This document shows, one piece after another, positions 26,226 through 39,110 of a stretch of 64,000 bases of DNA; within the stretch, counting starts at the first letter, position 1; each line of letters begins with the position of its first letter. Location: contig NC_068995.1 in the NCBI RefSeq assembly GCF_001194135.2, positions 40,797,225-40,861,224 of the forward strand, given 5' to 3'. The position numbers and the translations under genes are program-made. This DNA comes from Octopus bimaculoides (lineage: Eukaryota). Below the pieces are notes generated by a model that saw only the letters and a program-made list of their open reading frames with translations, was not told the origin of the DNA and ran no database searches.

Positions 26226-26713
26226 TGTTGGTGAAATTCTAGGGGGCTAGGCTGAACCGCGCGCGCTAGAGCCTAGCAGCGGGTAAGACTACGCGCCCTC
26301 CATTGGTCAGTTAAGGTCTAGACAATGTCACGTGACAACTTGCTGGGGCTGCCTGCTGGAGCTTAGCAGCAGGTATTTAAAGGGAAATTTGACAAGACAG
26401 TCAGTCGGCTGCTGACACTCGTTGANNNNNNNNNNTTAAAGGGAAATTTGACAAGACAGTCAGTCGGCTGCTGACACTCGTTGACGCTGCATCGAAGAGG
26501 CCAGGGAACAGAAGAAAGAAGACATGCACTCAACAATAGAGCTGAAGACACCTCCGGTAGAGGAGTAGGCGCCGAAACCGGACGTGGTTCCTTCTGATGA
26601 TGCCTTGAGCTAACTGGATCCTATAAAGGAGCTGTTGTGGTAGCAGACCACGAAACATGGTTGAAATTCCTATTCCTGTGTCGAGTTTGAAATATACGAG
26701 GCGAAACGTTCAG
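26226..26713 (+). mobile_element. LTR-like/pseudo-LTR unit with promoter-like motifs and tandem hammerhead-like motifs
   Basis: GC-richer island with ATTGG (26302), TGTCACGTGACA (26326) and TATTTAAA (26374). CTGAAGA (26542), CTGATGA (26594) and three CGAAAC follow. Element class not resolved. Confidence 0.55.
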
Positions 26714-27145
26714 TGATGTCCTCCACAACGGATTGTATAAAATACAAAACGAAAATAATAAAAGCCTCGAAACATTTTGCATTGTTGATCGTCATTTTCT
26801 ACGATTCGAGTCACGTGATGAAAGATTGATTTTTTTCTGATGCTGGAGTGTTTGGAACAAAATAAAATTAGAAATTGTGAAAATAAGAAGCCAGAAGAGA
26901 TGACGATGCTTATCTAGGCGAGATTAGGACAGATAATCTTCTATTATTTTATCGAATAAATAGACGAATAAGAAAGACAGCCAAAAAAGATGACATTAAC
27001 GAGAGGAGAAAGAGGAGAACAGAGAGAAAGAGACAGAAAGAGAGTAGATATAAAGGTGAATATATAAAACGTCAAGTTATAGATGTATTGTGTATATATA
27101 TATATATACATACATGTATATGTATACGTATATAATATATATATG

Positions 27146-27230
<85 letters not shown>

Positions 27231-27260
27231 ATGTATGTATGTATAGAGTTCTATATTTAA

Positions 27261-27417
27261 GAGATGAGGAATTATGTACATTACTTACATGAGAACCCAG
27301 GTTCGAAATTTCCCCAAGACATCTGCTGAAGGCTGGAGTGTATATCAGCCGAGACGTTGTGTTAACAACAAACAAGACGAGGACAAATGTTCGTCAAATG
27401 TAAATGATGTAAATAAT
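27261..27417 (+). mobile_element. Penelope-like terminal relic with a degenerate hammerhead motif
   Basis: ACAT-CTGCTGA-A-GGCTG..CAGCC-GAGA-CGTT-GTGT at 27319-27362; 20-bp inverted ends (17/20). Confidence 0.7.
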
Positions 27418-29176
27418 ATATATATGTATATNNNNNNNNNNNNNNNNNNNNNNNNNNNNNNNNNNNNNNNNNNNNNNNNNNNNNNNNNNNNNNNNNNNNN
27501 NNNNNNNNNNNNNNNNNNNNNNNNNNNNNNNNNNNNNNNNNNNNNNNNNNNNNNNNNNNNNNNNNNNNNNNNNNNNNNNNNNNNNNNNNNNNNNNNNNNN
27601 NNNNNNNNNNNNNNNNNNNNNNNNNNNNNNNNNNNNNNNNNNNNNNNNNNNNNNNNNNNNNNNNNNNNNNNNNNNNNNNNNNNNNNNNNNNNNNNNNNNN
27701 NNNNNNNNNNNNNNNNNNNNNNNNNNNNNNNNNNNNNNNNNNNNNNNNNNNNNNNNNNNNNNNNNNNNNNNNNNNNNNNNNNNNNNNNNNNNNNNNNNNN
27801 NNNNNNNNNNNNNNNNNNNNNNNNNNNNNNNNNNNNNNNNNNNNNNNNNNNNNNNNNNNNNNNNNNNNNNNNNNNNNNNNNNNNNNNNNNNNNNNNNNNN
27901 NNNNNNNNNNNNNNNNNNNNNNNNNNNNNNNNNNNNNNNNNNNNNNNNNNNNNNNNNNNNNNNNNNNNNNNNNNNNNNNNNNNNNNNNNNNNNNNNNNNN
28001 NNNNNNNNNNNNNNNNNNNNNNNNNNNNNNNNNNNNNNNNNNNNNNNNNNNNNNNNNTTAAAACCACCAAACAGTTCAGATGTGAGCAAAGGCAATCCAA
28101 TCGTGACTTCTCATCAAACATTCAGACATTTCGGGAACTATATTATCCAGCCTGATGCTTCGTCGTCTTTTAAGCTTATACGATTTGGCAGCTATTTCTA
28201 GCTGGTCGAATGGCCACATAGAGACTCTCTCCTTTGATCCTGTTATTGATGTTGTTGTTTAGTCCTAAACCAGCCTTGATCGAACAAATTATAGATCAAA
28301 GATATTCCAACCGTGACCACCCCATTTTTTCTTTTGTACTCGAAACCTATGGTTACATTCTATCACATTTTTTTTTTTTTTTGTCGACTTTAAGAATAAC
28401 GGACATTTTTTTTATGACACTAGATGTGATAATAGGGAGATTTGACTTCTATTCCTTGCTCAAGAGGCGACTAAATTTTCATGTATTTTTCAGGCAGCGA
28501 TATAAAAAAAGGAAAAAATCTGTTCTCATTTTTGACAACGAAACAAACGTTTCTTTCAATTATTTTGGCAAATTTCCGGAATTAAATTGGTTAACGAAGC
28601 TGGCACACAGTTATCGTTCACATTTTGTATCTTTCCAGCCAACAACCTAGGAAGCTCTACATAGTCAATATATCATCATGAAATAGCAGCTAAATCTTCC
28701 TCAATTCACAAAATGCAGTCTTACTGAAAGTGTAATGCATCGAATAATAATGTTCTTAATTTTAGATATACAAAACTGAGAAACAACAAAAACGTTGTGG
28801 TGGTTATGGGCGGAACGCTTTGGTCATAAGTCTGCTCAATCAAGTCTGAGCTAAGGTCTAACAACATTAACAGGAACGACAACAACAGTAACAGCAACAT
28901 CTGACTGAACAAGCAATGAGGTGTTACAACAAATGAGAAATTATCAATTATCAATTTAGCAAATTAATTAGTAATGTTTTATTGTATTTGCTTCGAATGT
29001 TAGATTAATATGTATAATTCTGGTCTTAATAAAAGCGACTCTATGTAGTCGCTACAATGCCAAAAATAACTGCCAATTTTCCCCTCAAACATACGGTAAA
29101 GAAATGTATCTAGAACAGCATTGGATCATGTTGTTCTAGATACACTAAGACTAAACAGGAAAAACAGTGATGTAGA

Positions 29177-29342
29177 GGCGCAGGAGTGGCTGTGTGGTAA
29201 GTAGCTTGCTTACCAACCACATGGTTCTGGGTTCAGTCCCACTGCGTGGCACCTTGGGCAAGTGTCTTCTACAAAAGTCTCGGGTCGACCAAAGCCTTGT
29301 AAGTGGATTTGGTAGACGGAAACTGAAAGAAGCCCGTCGTGT
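29177..29342 (+). mobile_element. SINE family B, 5' half (runs into gap)
   Basis: GGCGCAGGAGTGGCTGTGTGG...GAAAGAAGCCCGTCG. Confidence 0.92.
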
Positions 29343-30194
29343 GTATATATATANNNNNNNNNNNNNNNNNNNNNNNNNNNNNNNNNNNNNNNNNNNNNNN
29401 NNNNNNNNNNNNNNNNNNNNNNNNNNNNNNNNNNNNNNNNNNNNNNNNNNNNNNNNNNNNNNNNNNNNNNNNNNNNNNNNNNNNNNNNNNNNNNNNNNNN
29501 NNNNNNNNNNNNNNNNNNNNNNNNNNNNNNNNNNNNNNNNNNNTATATATACATACTTATATAAATAAGGATAAGATCGTTATTTAAAATACCGATCATA
29601 TCAGGTGGCTAGAATGGGAATAAAAACTTCATAGGTCATAATTATTATTAAAATTATAATTAAGGGTATCAAAGAGATACCACCATGTTAGACACAGCAT
29701 CCAAAACTTGACTCTAAAACCACATTAAATGTTCTTTCGTGCATGTTGTGTAGAAGAGTACGTGGGTCAGCCAGTGGACTCACTCGGCATTGTAGGTTCC
29801 ATCATCCAGACAGCCAGGCTGTTGCATGAAGGCTAGCTTGTTGACGGCGTGGAATATCTTATAGGTCTTTCCCAGGCTTTAAGAGCCTTATGAGACGTCA
29901 TGGACGATGGGGAGACCAATTATGGGATGTATCTTAGGGTGAAATGGGCCTAAGAAGTAGTCGTAGTCATGAGTCGGCCTCCGTCAGGTATACACGTATT
30001 CATGCATGTATCAATTCGCTTAAATCCTGAAAATTCTTCCATAGTAAGCAATCTATCTTTTCTAATCGAGTGTTCAGAATACCCGACGAAATGTCTGATG
30101 ATTTTGGCTTACGTAATACTCAGATTACGAATAAACTCCCATGCCATTGAAACATTTGTCACATGTATTGCACTGTCATTGTCCGTTCCTCTTC

Positions 30195-30242
<48 letters not shown>

Positions 30243-30924
30243 CACACTCAGCGAGAGAGAGAGAGAAATGCATGTGGATTCTAATACAAAGACATGCATC
30301 TTTACTCAGAGAAATTTTCTACTGACTTATACCGTCATTCTATCATATTGGATAAATAAATATATTACACAAACAACAAAAATATACTGTATGACAGAAA
30401 TATTTGTATATGTAAACAGACTCAAGTTTACACACACATGTCTATATTCATATCCCTTCGTCTTTATGTATATAATACGTATGGACGAATGCCAGTGTGT
30501 ATGCATACGTCAATATATTTATTTGATCGAATGTATGTACATATGTATGTGAGTACAATAAGCATGTGTATAGGTAGGTAAGTAGGTAGGTAAGTAGGTA
30601 GGCATGTATATGTTTGTACGTGAATGCATGTGTTGTATTCATTTTTGTATGTATGTGTATATATATANNNNNNNNNNNNNNNNNNNNNNNNNNNNNNNNN
30701 NNNNNNNNNNNNNNNNNNNNNNNNNNNNNNNNNNNNNNNNNNNNNNNNNNNNNNNNNNNNNNNNNNNNNNNNNNNNNNNATATTTGTGGTAGTGTATGTG
30801 TTTATACATAAATAGTAGTGTTTATGAATGTATTCATGTATGTAATATTTATGTGTACAAATATGAAAGTACCTGCGTATGTATGCGCGTGTGGGCATGT
30901 GTGTATGCGTATATGCGTATGTTT

Positions 30925-30993
<69 letters not shown>

Positions 30994-31913
30994 TGGTCCT
31001 TTCACTAAAAAAGGGAGTCTGTTTTTAGCAAATATTGAAGTTTTGTCCACTGTTCTCTGACATAGCAACACCCTCCTAACTTACTTTGACATCCTCGACC
31101 TCATCTATACAAAGGAGATTTCAAACCTAAACCGCCACCACTACGACCACCATCAACACCATCACCACCACTAACATCATCACCACCACCACCACCACCA
31201 CAATCACTACCACTACTACCACCAACACCACCACTACCACCTCCTCGTCCATCTTGTCTTTCATTCTAAACCAAACGTTCTCCCTAAGTAGGTATTGACA
31301 GATGTGGCACCGCGCTATCTCCTTTGCATACACCTAACTACCTACCTACCTATACACATACACAAACACACACCCGTATATATCTATGAAAATAAACATA
31401 CACACATGTCTAGATAAACACACAAACACACGCACACATATAATAAACGTATATGCACGCACGTACCGACATGTATAGATAAACACATGCACACACTTAC
31501 CTTTAAAACCTCCCTACACACACACAGATACACACATACACACACACAAACACATACGCATAGACGTACACATACACACGCTCGTACACGCGCGCCAGTA
31601 CAATCACGCGTTTATCTACATTTATTACAAGCCGAATTGATAGCACTTATGTGGTCGCTAGAAATAAGTCCCAAATCTCTCTCAAAGCGCATACTTAAAA
31701 AAGGATACGTTAGATAATGAGGCCTGAGTTCCTTGTACATAGAAACACAAGATGATTATGACTGGAATGCATTTCATAATAGGTCTGTCCAATCATAATT
31801 TGGCTGGACTAAACAAGAACGATACACAACCTGCGAGAACGCCTTCATTGCGGTTTCTAAAATATCCCGCCAATCATATTCTGCCGTCTCATAAAAGAAG
31901 CATTGTATTAGAT

Positions 31914-32427
31914 CAGGGGTTCCAAACTATTTCTATCTATGGACCCCTTTGATTACTATTTTATTCTTTTGGGCCCCTATAGCCATTCGATGGTTAAAAA
32001 TTAGTTTTATAGAAGGTTGTTTTTTTCAAAATTCCTATTTTGTTTATCACACTGTTATGTCTCAAGCTACTGCTATCTAGTACCTTCGGATGATTTCTAC
32101 CCAACCGCTACACAACTGCTACTCGACTGCTACTCAACCCCTACCACAGCCAGACTACCTCTATTTATATGTCTTGGGAGATCCTACTTCTTCGCCTGGG
32201 GGCGTCGACACAGCACACACATTAACTTGTGTAGGTTGAACTATGTAAAATGTTAGAGAAACCTACCTGTTTCTAGCAATACATACTACTACGTACATCT
32301 AAAGCAAAATTTACTAGTGGATCCCTAATTTACTTTTGAGTCCACAATTTACTATTTTATTACGTGGACCCCCAAAAGTCTTATATGGTCCCTCAGGGAC
32401 CATACGGACCCCAGTTGAGAACCACTA
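31914..32427. mobile_element. hAT (Charlie-like) MITE
   Basis: CAGGGGTTCCAAAC...GTTGAGAACCACTA ends; 8-bp TSD TATTAGAT/GATTAGAT (7/8). Confidence 0.8.
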
Positions 32428-33039
32428 GATTAGATGACGAAAGAAAAATGGTGAGATGACCAAGGCTGGAACACCTTAAATCGTAAGTCTTCGTGATCAG
32501 ATTCGTAGGACTAACTGATAATGTGATCCATATAGGGCCCCATGCACAGATTTCATACATCCTTAGGAAAACTTGAAATTCGCACTCCCGATAGTAATCT
32601 GCAGCCTCTTCCTGTATATTTCATCCACCACATCTTAAGGATAGTTCTAAAGAGTCTAAAATAAACGGCTTGGCTACTTTCTTCTGTTAATATATTAAAC
32701 ACCAAAGCACCATGCCATTTCATCTCTCGGAATCCCAAAAATTTTCATCATCACTACAGATATAGTTCTAGTTTTTTTTTTTCTTGGAAGACGACATAAC
32801 ATGGGACGGTGGGGAGCGGGGAGAAAGGAAGAGAAGGGAAAAAGAACATGAGTCGGAGGGTTGGTGTTAGAGCATCGTTGCCATGTTTTGAGAGGGATTC
32901 TTTGGTGTTAAGAAAAATTTGAAGGAAATATTAGTCATTTTTCATACTTTCTAGGGGTGTGCAAATAGGAAATAGCAGTTACTACCCAAGGACTAAAAAC
33001 CGTATTCCACAGAAAATTTTTTAATTTATTAAGCAGATA

Positions 33040-34260
33040 ACAACACATACAAATAAATGAAAAGGTGAGTGAGACTCACAACCAATAGCATAATACGTAA
33101 AACAACGCTAAATTCCAAAAATAACACCAAAAGTTTCAATGACCCAACTGTTTCTATAAGAAGTCACAGATTTAATATTCTCAACTGGAAGCTAAATTGA
33201 AGTTAACAAAGTTATGCAGAAAAACAAGGAAAATGAAGACTACGTTTAGAATACACGACTCAATGCCAACATTACAATGATTTCAGGGAACAAAAGCGAT
33301 ATGGGTCTCCTTTAAATAGAAAACTATTATAAATTATTTGCTAGAACTGTAAAAATACCTCGGAAAGAATAAAGAGAAACCACTAGAAACTATTACAAAA
33401 CATGAATTGAATAAAGATTATTTCCCCGTTTTTCAGCAAATATTAAACTATCAGCCATGAAGAGAGTGAAGAAACAATGTCGGAAAATATAAACAAAAAC
33501 AAAAATTAAAAAACATAACTACAGAATGTCATGTTAAGACGTTTAAAAAGAAAGCTACTTCATAACGAATAACCAACAAAACAAAAACCTCAACACTGGT
33601 TGAAAAGTTCAATAGTTAAAGCCGAGAGAGAAGGGAATGGGTTGAGAGTGACAGAAAAACCATCTGAATTCACCTAGGCACCAAAGACATAGAACGAATC
33701 AGAGTTCAGATAATAACATGAGAATATGAGGGTGTTATGAAGAATCAATCAATCAAATAGTTTTTGGTTGCGAAGCCACAGTTCAAACGGAATATTTAAA
33801 AAGACATATCTGTGAGAAATGTCAAAGATAGGTTGTAAATATTGTGACATTATGCAATACTCGACTGTTAAAGAAATAGCACAAATCTACAGCACGTCTC
33901 ACAGAATAACAAAATAACCATATACCAGAGTATGTTAATTCATATAGATAGAGAGATTAAAGCAAATTGTCAAGATAGGATGTCAGGAAAAGAATTACCT
34001 CCATTTCTTCTTAATCGACGAATCAAATTCAAGGAAAGATATTTCTGAAAGAAATGGGGAACAAAAACTCTATCCGGATATATACGCCTGGAAAAAAAAG
34101 TAAGAATTGAAAACAGAAGCAACCATGTTAACAATAGTTGCTTTGGGTATAAAAACAAGGATAATGTTGACATGATACAGGATATAAAGGATCGCCACCA
34201 CCGTACCAAAATAAATAAGGATTTGCACACAGAAAACATAACGCAACTTTATTAAGCACT
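33040..34260 (+). mobile_element. R4/Dong-clade LINE, 3' half (thumb, zinc-finger region, REL endonuclease), heavily decayed
   Basis: Patches translate as LNSKN...FNILNW, RKTRKMKTTFRIH, EESINQIVFGCEATVQTEYLKRH, IHIDREIKANCQD and IVALG. These match R4/Dong motifs ET..HI..GC..LA..EY..RH, TDR.I.ANRPD and GALG. Confidence 0.8.
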
Positions 34261-34670
34261 GCATTTGCATTAGGTAGAATATTCCAGACTTTACACTTAT
34301 ACAGTAAACATTCATTGGCTTTTCTATATATATTACGTCGAGCAATGTAGGGAAAAAAGTTAAATACACCTTTACTTTAGTTACACTCCTTTTTAGGGAT
34401 CATTTTCCTTTTTCTTTAAATCTTTATACTGCTTCCGACAGTCTTCCATTCCTGTTTATAATCCATCAGCTGCGATGGAATGGTACTACCGGTTTTAGTC
34501 GGCGGTAGAGGGCCGTCATCGTCAGCATCTGGAGTTGAGGGTGGGGTGATCCCTTCCTAGATTTCTGGTGCCTCAACTCGTGATCCTTTGAAAATAGCAA
34601 TTTCTATGGTATGCTGCCATTGAAGTTACCACTGGTATTTTCTTTTCCTTTTTTTTTTCTTCTTCACGAG

Positions 34671-34781
34671 TTCTCCCAGACAGAAAGCTCTCAAATGGTA
34701 CTTGCGGCTATCTGTGTAGCAACTGGATTACCTGCTATTCACTGCCAACCACAAAACGTTTCTTTTCAAGCCTACAATTGG
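34671..34781 (+). other. Candidate exon of an unidentified gene
   Basis: Long pyrimidine tract with AG options at 34670, 34679 and 34683; donor TGG/GTAAGG; open frame (FSQTESSQ)MVLAAICVATGLPAIHCQPQNVSFQAYNW. No homology confirmed. Confidence 0.4.
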
Positions 34782-35350
34782 GTAAGGCTGAGAATGGCTA
34801 TAGTCTTCAAAAGTCGATAGGATTTGAATCGCTAAGATCAGATTCATGTTACTATCCCCTTTGTTGTTCCTATTCTTCCTTACTCATCCACAAATGTGAA
34901 AGCGACCCAAATATCAATATCATGACCAATGATCGTCACTGTGATCATCATGCATTCAGATGGTCTACGTACCGTATGAGGCACCAGCTTGACATGTTTT
35001 CCCATCCTATTCTCAGTTTTGCATACTAAGCATGTTATTCCATTAGCCTTACCTCGACAGATGGAAGAGATATCATTCCTTATGTCGACTAAGACTTTCA
35101 ATCGTCGTTTAAGAGTGCATCAAAAAAAGCCGCTGTGTTTGTACGGATGTAGAAATATGCAACGTTCCTCTTTGCTCGCTCTCGGATATGGATCCTTAGT
35201 AGATGGTAGTTCGCCGATCACATATATTTTCCTCTTTACGTCTAGCAACGCTAGCGAAAGAACTTTTTGTCTCATTTCTATCTCTAAACAACATTTTGTC
35301 TCTAAACAACATTTTTGCCCATTAAATCTAACTTCTATTCACTTGATAAA

Positions 35351-35409
<59 letters not shown>

Positions 35410-35882
35410 CGTGCGTGTGTAGACGAGTGTGTGTACATGCGTGCGTACATGTATGTTTATACATGTGATGTTAAAATGGTACAGACCGAAATTTTTAATC
35501 CTTAAAATTTTATTTTTTCAACTACAATACACGGATTTTGTGAGATTGGATTTTGTTTTCCTTTTATCAGCTTTCTTTATTGTCACGTTCATTGCAGTTG
35601 TTTTTAAGGGGACGGGACGTTTCTCTGCCGACATGTTCTCTTGAGTTACATATAAACAAAGAGAAAGAAATTAGATTATGGCAAAAAAAAATAATAATAA
35701 TGACACAATTTATATCTCCTGATGTAAGAGATGTAGACGTCCATTTAATATGTCCCAAGAGGCTCCCTGTTGAAAATTTTCCAAAACAAAATCTCTTTTC
35801 TTCAGTTGTACTCTGTATATAATACAAAATGCTCAGTCGCTTTTCCGACACACGTGTACACAACCACATACTACTACTACTG

Positions 35883-35933
<51 letters not shown>

Positions 35934-36234
35934 TATAAGAAATAGCTAAGTTCTAGGTGTATGCATGATAACACTTCTGTTATCTGATCGGAAGTTCAGG
36001 AAAAATTTCAGCTGTGGCAACATTTTTTTCCTGCTTTGATTAACGTGAAGCACTAGCTGTAGACTTCGGTATGAATTCGCAAGTATACACATACATGCAC
36101 ACCTACAATAATACATACATGCATTAATACACACATAAATGTACTTAAGTGCGCATGTGTGCGTATGTATATATATGTGCGTGTGTATCTATGTGTATCT
36201 ATGTGTATGTATGTGTGTGTGTGTATCTATGTAT

Positions 36235-36289
<55 letters not shown>

Positions 36290-37841
36290 NNNNNNNNNNN
36301 NNNNNNNNNNNNNNNNNNNNNNNNNNNNNNNNNNNNNNNNNNNNNNNNNNNNNNNNNNNNNNNNNNNNNNNNNNNNNNNNNNNNNNNNNNNNNNNNNNNN
36401 NNNNNNNNNNNNNNNNNNNNNNNNNNNNNNNNNNNNNNNNNNNNNNNNNNNNNNNNNNNNNNNNNNNNNNNNNNNNNNNNNNNNNNNNNNNNNNNNNNNN
36501 NNNNNNNNNNNNNNNNNNNNNNNNNNNNNNNNNNNNNNNNNNNNNNNNTATATGTATGTGTGTACGTTTGTATGTATTCTGTATATTCATGTTTGTGTGT
36601 CTGTGTGTGTATGGGTTTTTGTGACTATTTACTGTGTCTGTATGTATGGATGTGTATCTCCATATGTGTGGACGTGTGTCTCCTTATGTGTGGACGTGTG
36701 TGAAGTGAAGTGTGTGTGTGTATGGTCATGTGTTTCAGTCTTCATTTGCGTATGTGTGTGTATGTGTGCTTGCCTGTTCATGTTACCGTCTGTATGTGTA
36801 TCTGTTTACTTTCATATCCATTTGTCTACATACATGTGCATATACATATACATACACACACATACATACATTTGGGGTGGGATAAATAGTGTTCAGTCAA
36901 CGGTCAATCATAATAATGGCCGATCATATATATATATATATATATACATATATATAGCAGACGTGCGTATGCACATTTTCCTTTTATGTGAACATATAGG
37001 CAACTACCACTAACGTGATCGCCACGGCCATCACCACAACCACCAGCACCACAAACAACAACAACAAAAACAACAACAACAACAACTGTTCCATCCATGG
37101 GCTATAGTCATACCCGGCAATGATTGTCGCTATCTCACACAAAGCTATCCACTATCCACTTAATATCACACCTCAGTGTTGTATTCTATGTTACCTGCTC
37201 TCTTTCTCTCCCTCTCTCCTTCTCACACACATATGAATATATGCATATATGTATGTATATACTGTACCTGGGCAACATTTTCTTTCTTATTTTAACCTTT
37301 CATTCATTTTTGTTGTCTTTATGCCTTTCACTTTCTTTCTTCAGTATTTTTAGTTATTTTTTAATAGTTTTTTTTTTTTTCACAGCCTTCTTTTCTGACT
37401 GCTTTGGCATGGCTGTCACACCATCCATCTCAGTTGCACCTGCTTACAATATATATAAACATATATAATTATATATATATATATATATATATGTATATGT
37501 ATATAGAAATATATGTGTATATATANNNNNNNNNNNNNNNNNNNNNNNNNNNNNNNNNNNNNNNNNNNNNNNNNNNNNNNNNNNNNNNNNNNNNNNNNNN
37601 NNNNNNNNNNNNNNNNNNNNNNNNNNNNNNNNNNNNNNNNNNNNNNNNNNNNNNNNNNNNNNNNNNNNNNNNNNNNNNNNNNNNNNNNNNNNNNNNNNNN
37701 NNNNNNNNNNNNNNNNNNNNNNNNNNNNNNNNNNNNNNNNNNNNNNNNNNNNNNNNNNNNNNNNNNNNNNNNNNNNNNNNNNNNNNNNNNNNNNNNNNNN
37801 NNNNNNNNNNNNNNNNNNNNNNNNNNNNNNNNNNNNNNNNN

Positions 37842-37880
<39 letters not shown>

Positions 37881-38510
37881 TACATATATATGTGTGTGTG
37901 TGAATAAATCGTACGATATACACCTGGTAGCTTACCGGTAAAGCACGTTCATTTTCACGGTGTTCGTTGGGTATTTGATTTATGAGTGAGACGAAAGATG
38001 GAAGAAACGAGAATGTCTATTGATCACTACAATTGTTTCGACCCCTCTAGCATCGATCCCTTACGCGTGGGACTCTGAACAACTAATTTAGGGGTTTCTA
38101 TCGGTGTAACTAAATCTGCTACGAATCGCACCCTACTGCTCTAAGAAAATAAAAACGCATTCGATGATATAAGCAGACCTACATTTCACCTCGAAAAACA
38201 AAAGAATAGATGTGCATGGATGGAATGAGTTTAATTTTAGGATTGTCTCTGAGTTAAGCAATAACTTAAATTGATACCCATGGAAACTTCAAGTGACGCT
38301 CAGGAAACCTTCAAGTGATAAATCAAAGAATCAGTTACCGTTTCGGAAAGGAGCCCAATGTCAACCTTGTGCGTTAACCTCTCGCCAGATAAATACAATT
38401 TACCTACGACTTCCCTACCAACAGAATATAGTTACATGACCTCCCTATGAACAGAATGTTGTGTAGGAATACTTACCATAGATTCGATAATATGCCGGAT
38501 ATGATCAACA

Positions 38511-38650
38511 CTCGGATAGAGAAAGTGAGAGCAGCTAACATAGAATACAGTGATGTGATATTAAGTGGATATACGGTAATTGTGTGAGAGACAGTAACAA
38601 ACATAGCCAGATATGAGTGTAGGCCATGGATGGTACGGTTGCTGTTGTTG

Positions 38651-38682
<32 letters not shown>

Positions 38683-38727
38683 GGTGGTGGTGGTGGTGAC
38701 AGAACAAGATCTCCATAAACTGATAAT
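38511..38727 (-). repeat. Left arm of a long inverted repeat (unclassified interspersed family)
   Basis: Reverse complement matches 39261-39442 (10 mismatches in a 103-nt block, 2 in a 39-nt block); a third, more diverged copy lies at ~37030-37200. Confidence 0.9.
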
Positions 38728-39070
38728 AATGTGAATATAATACAAAACACAGATAAATAAATGGAATTAAATAACTATATACATCAACAAAATAAATTAA
38801 ATTAAATTAATACAAAAAAAGACAAAATGGAAGAAAAGAAAAAGTAAGTAGATATAAACAAAGGAATAAAATAAATGAAAGTAAATTAAATGAATGTGTA
38901 TAAAGAGGAGATACTGATAATGTAGGCACATTCTCACATACACACACTTATTAAACATAGACACACACAGGGATATACGCATGCGCAAATAAAGACACAT
39001 ACAATAGGAATACAAAATGACAGGTCGTTAGTAAGGAGAGACACACAAAAATAAAGAGCAAAGCAAAGGA

Positions 39071-39110
39071 CCACTGATGAGGTCACAGAAGTGTGACGAA
39101 AGAACTCTGG
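39071..39110 (+). ncRNA. Minimal type I hammerhead ribozyme motif (Penelope type)
   Basis: CCA-CUGAUGA-G-GUCACA(GAAG)UGUGAC-GAA-AG(AA)CU-C-UGG: core intact, 6-bp stem II, 2-bp stem III, 3-bp stem I; activity untested. Confidence 0.7.

Noticed and set aside
26377-26484. 49-bp direct repeat flanking a 10-N gap
   Set aside because: Typical unmerged contig overlap; treated as an assembly artefact.
28110-28170. Minus-strand GACGA...CGAAATGTC, hammerhead-like
   Set aside because: Core incomplete and stem II does not pair convincingly.
29800-29880. Short minus-strand ORF ending at GA/GTGAGT
   Set aside because: Weak acceptor, unrecognised peptide.
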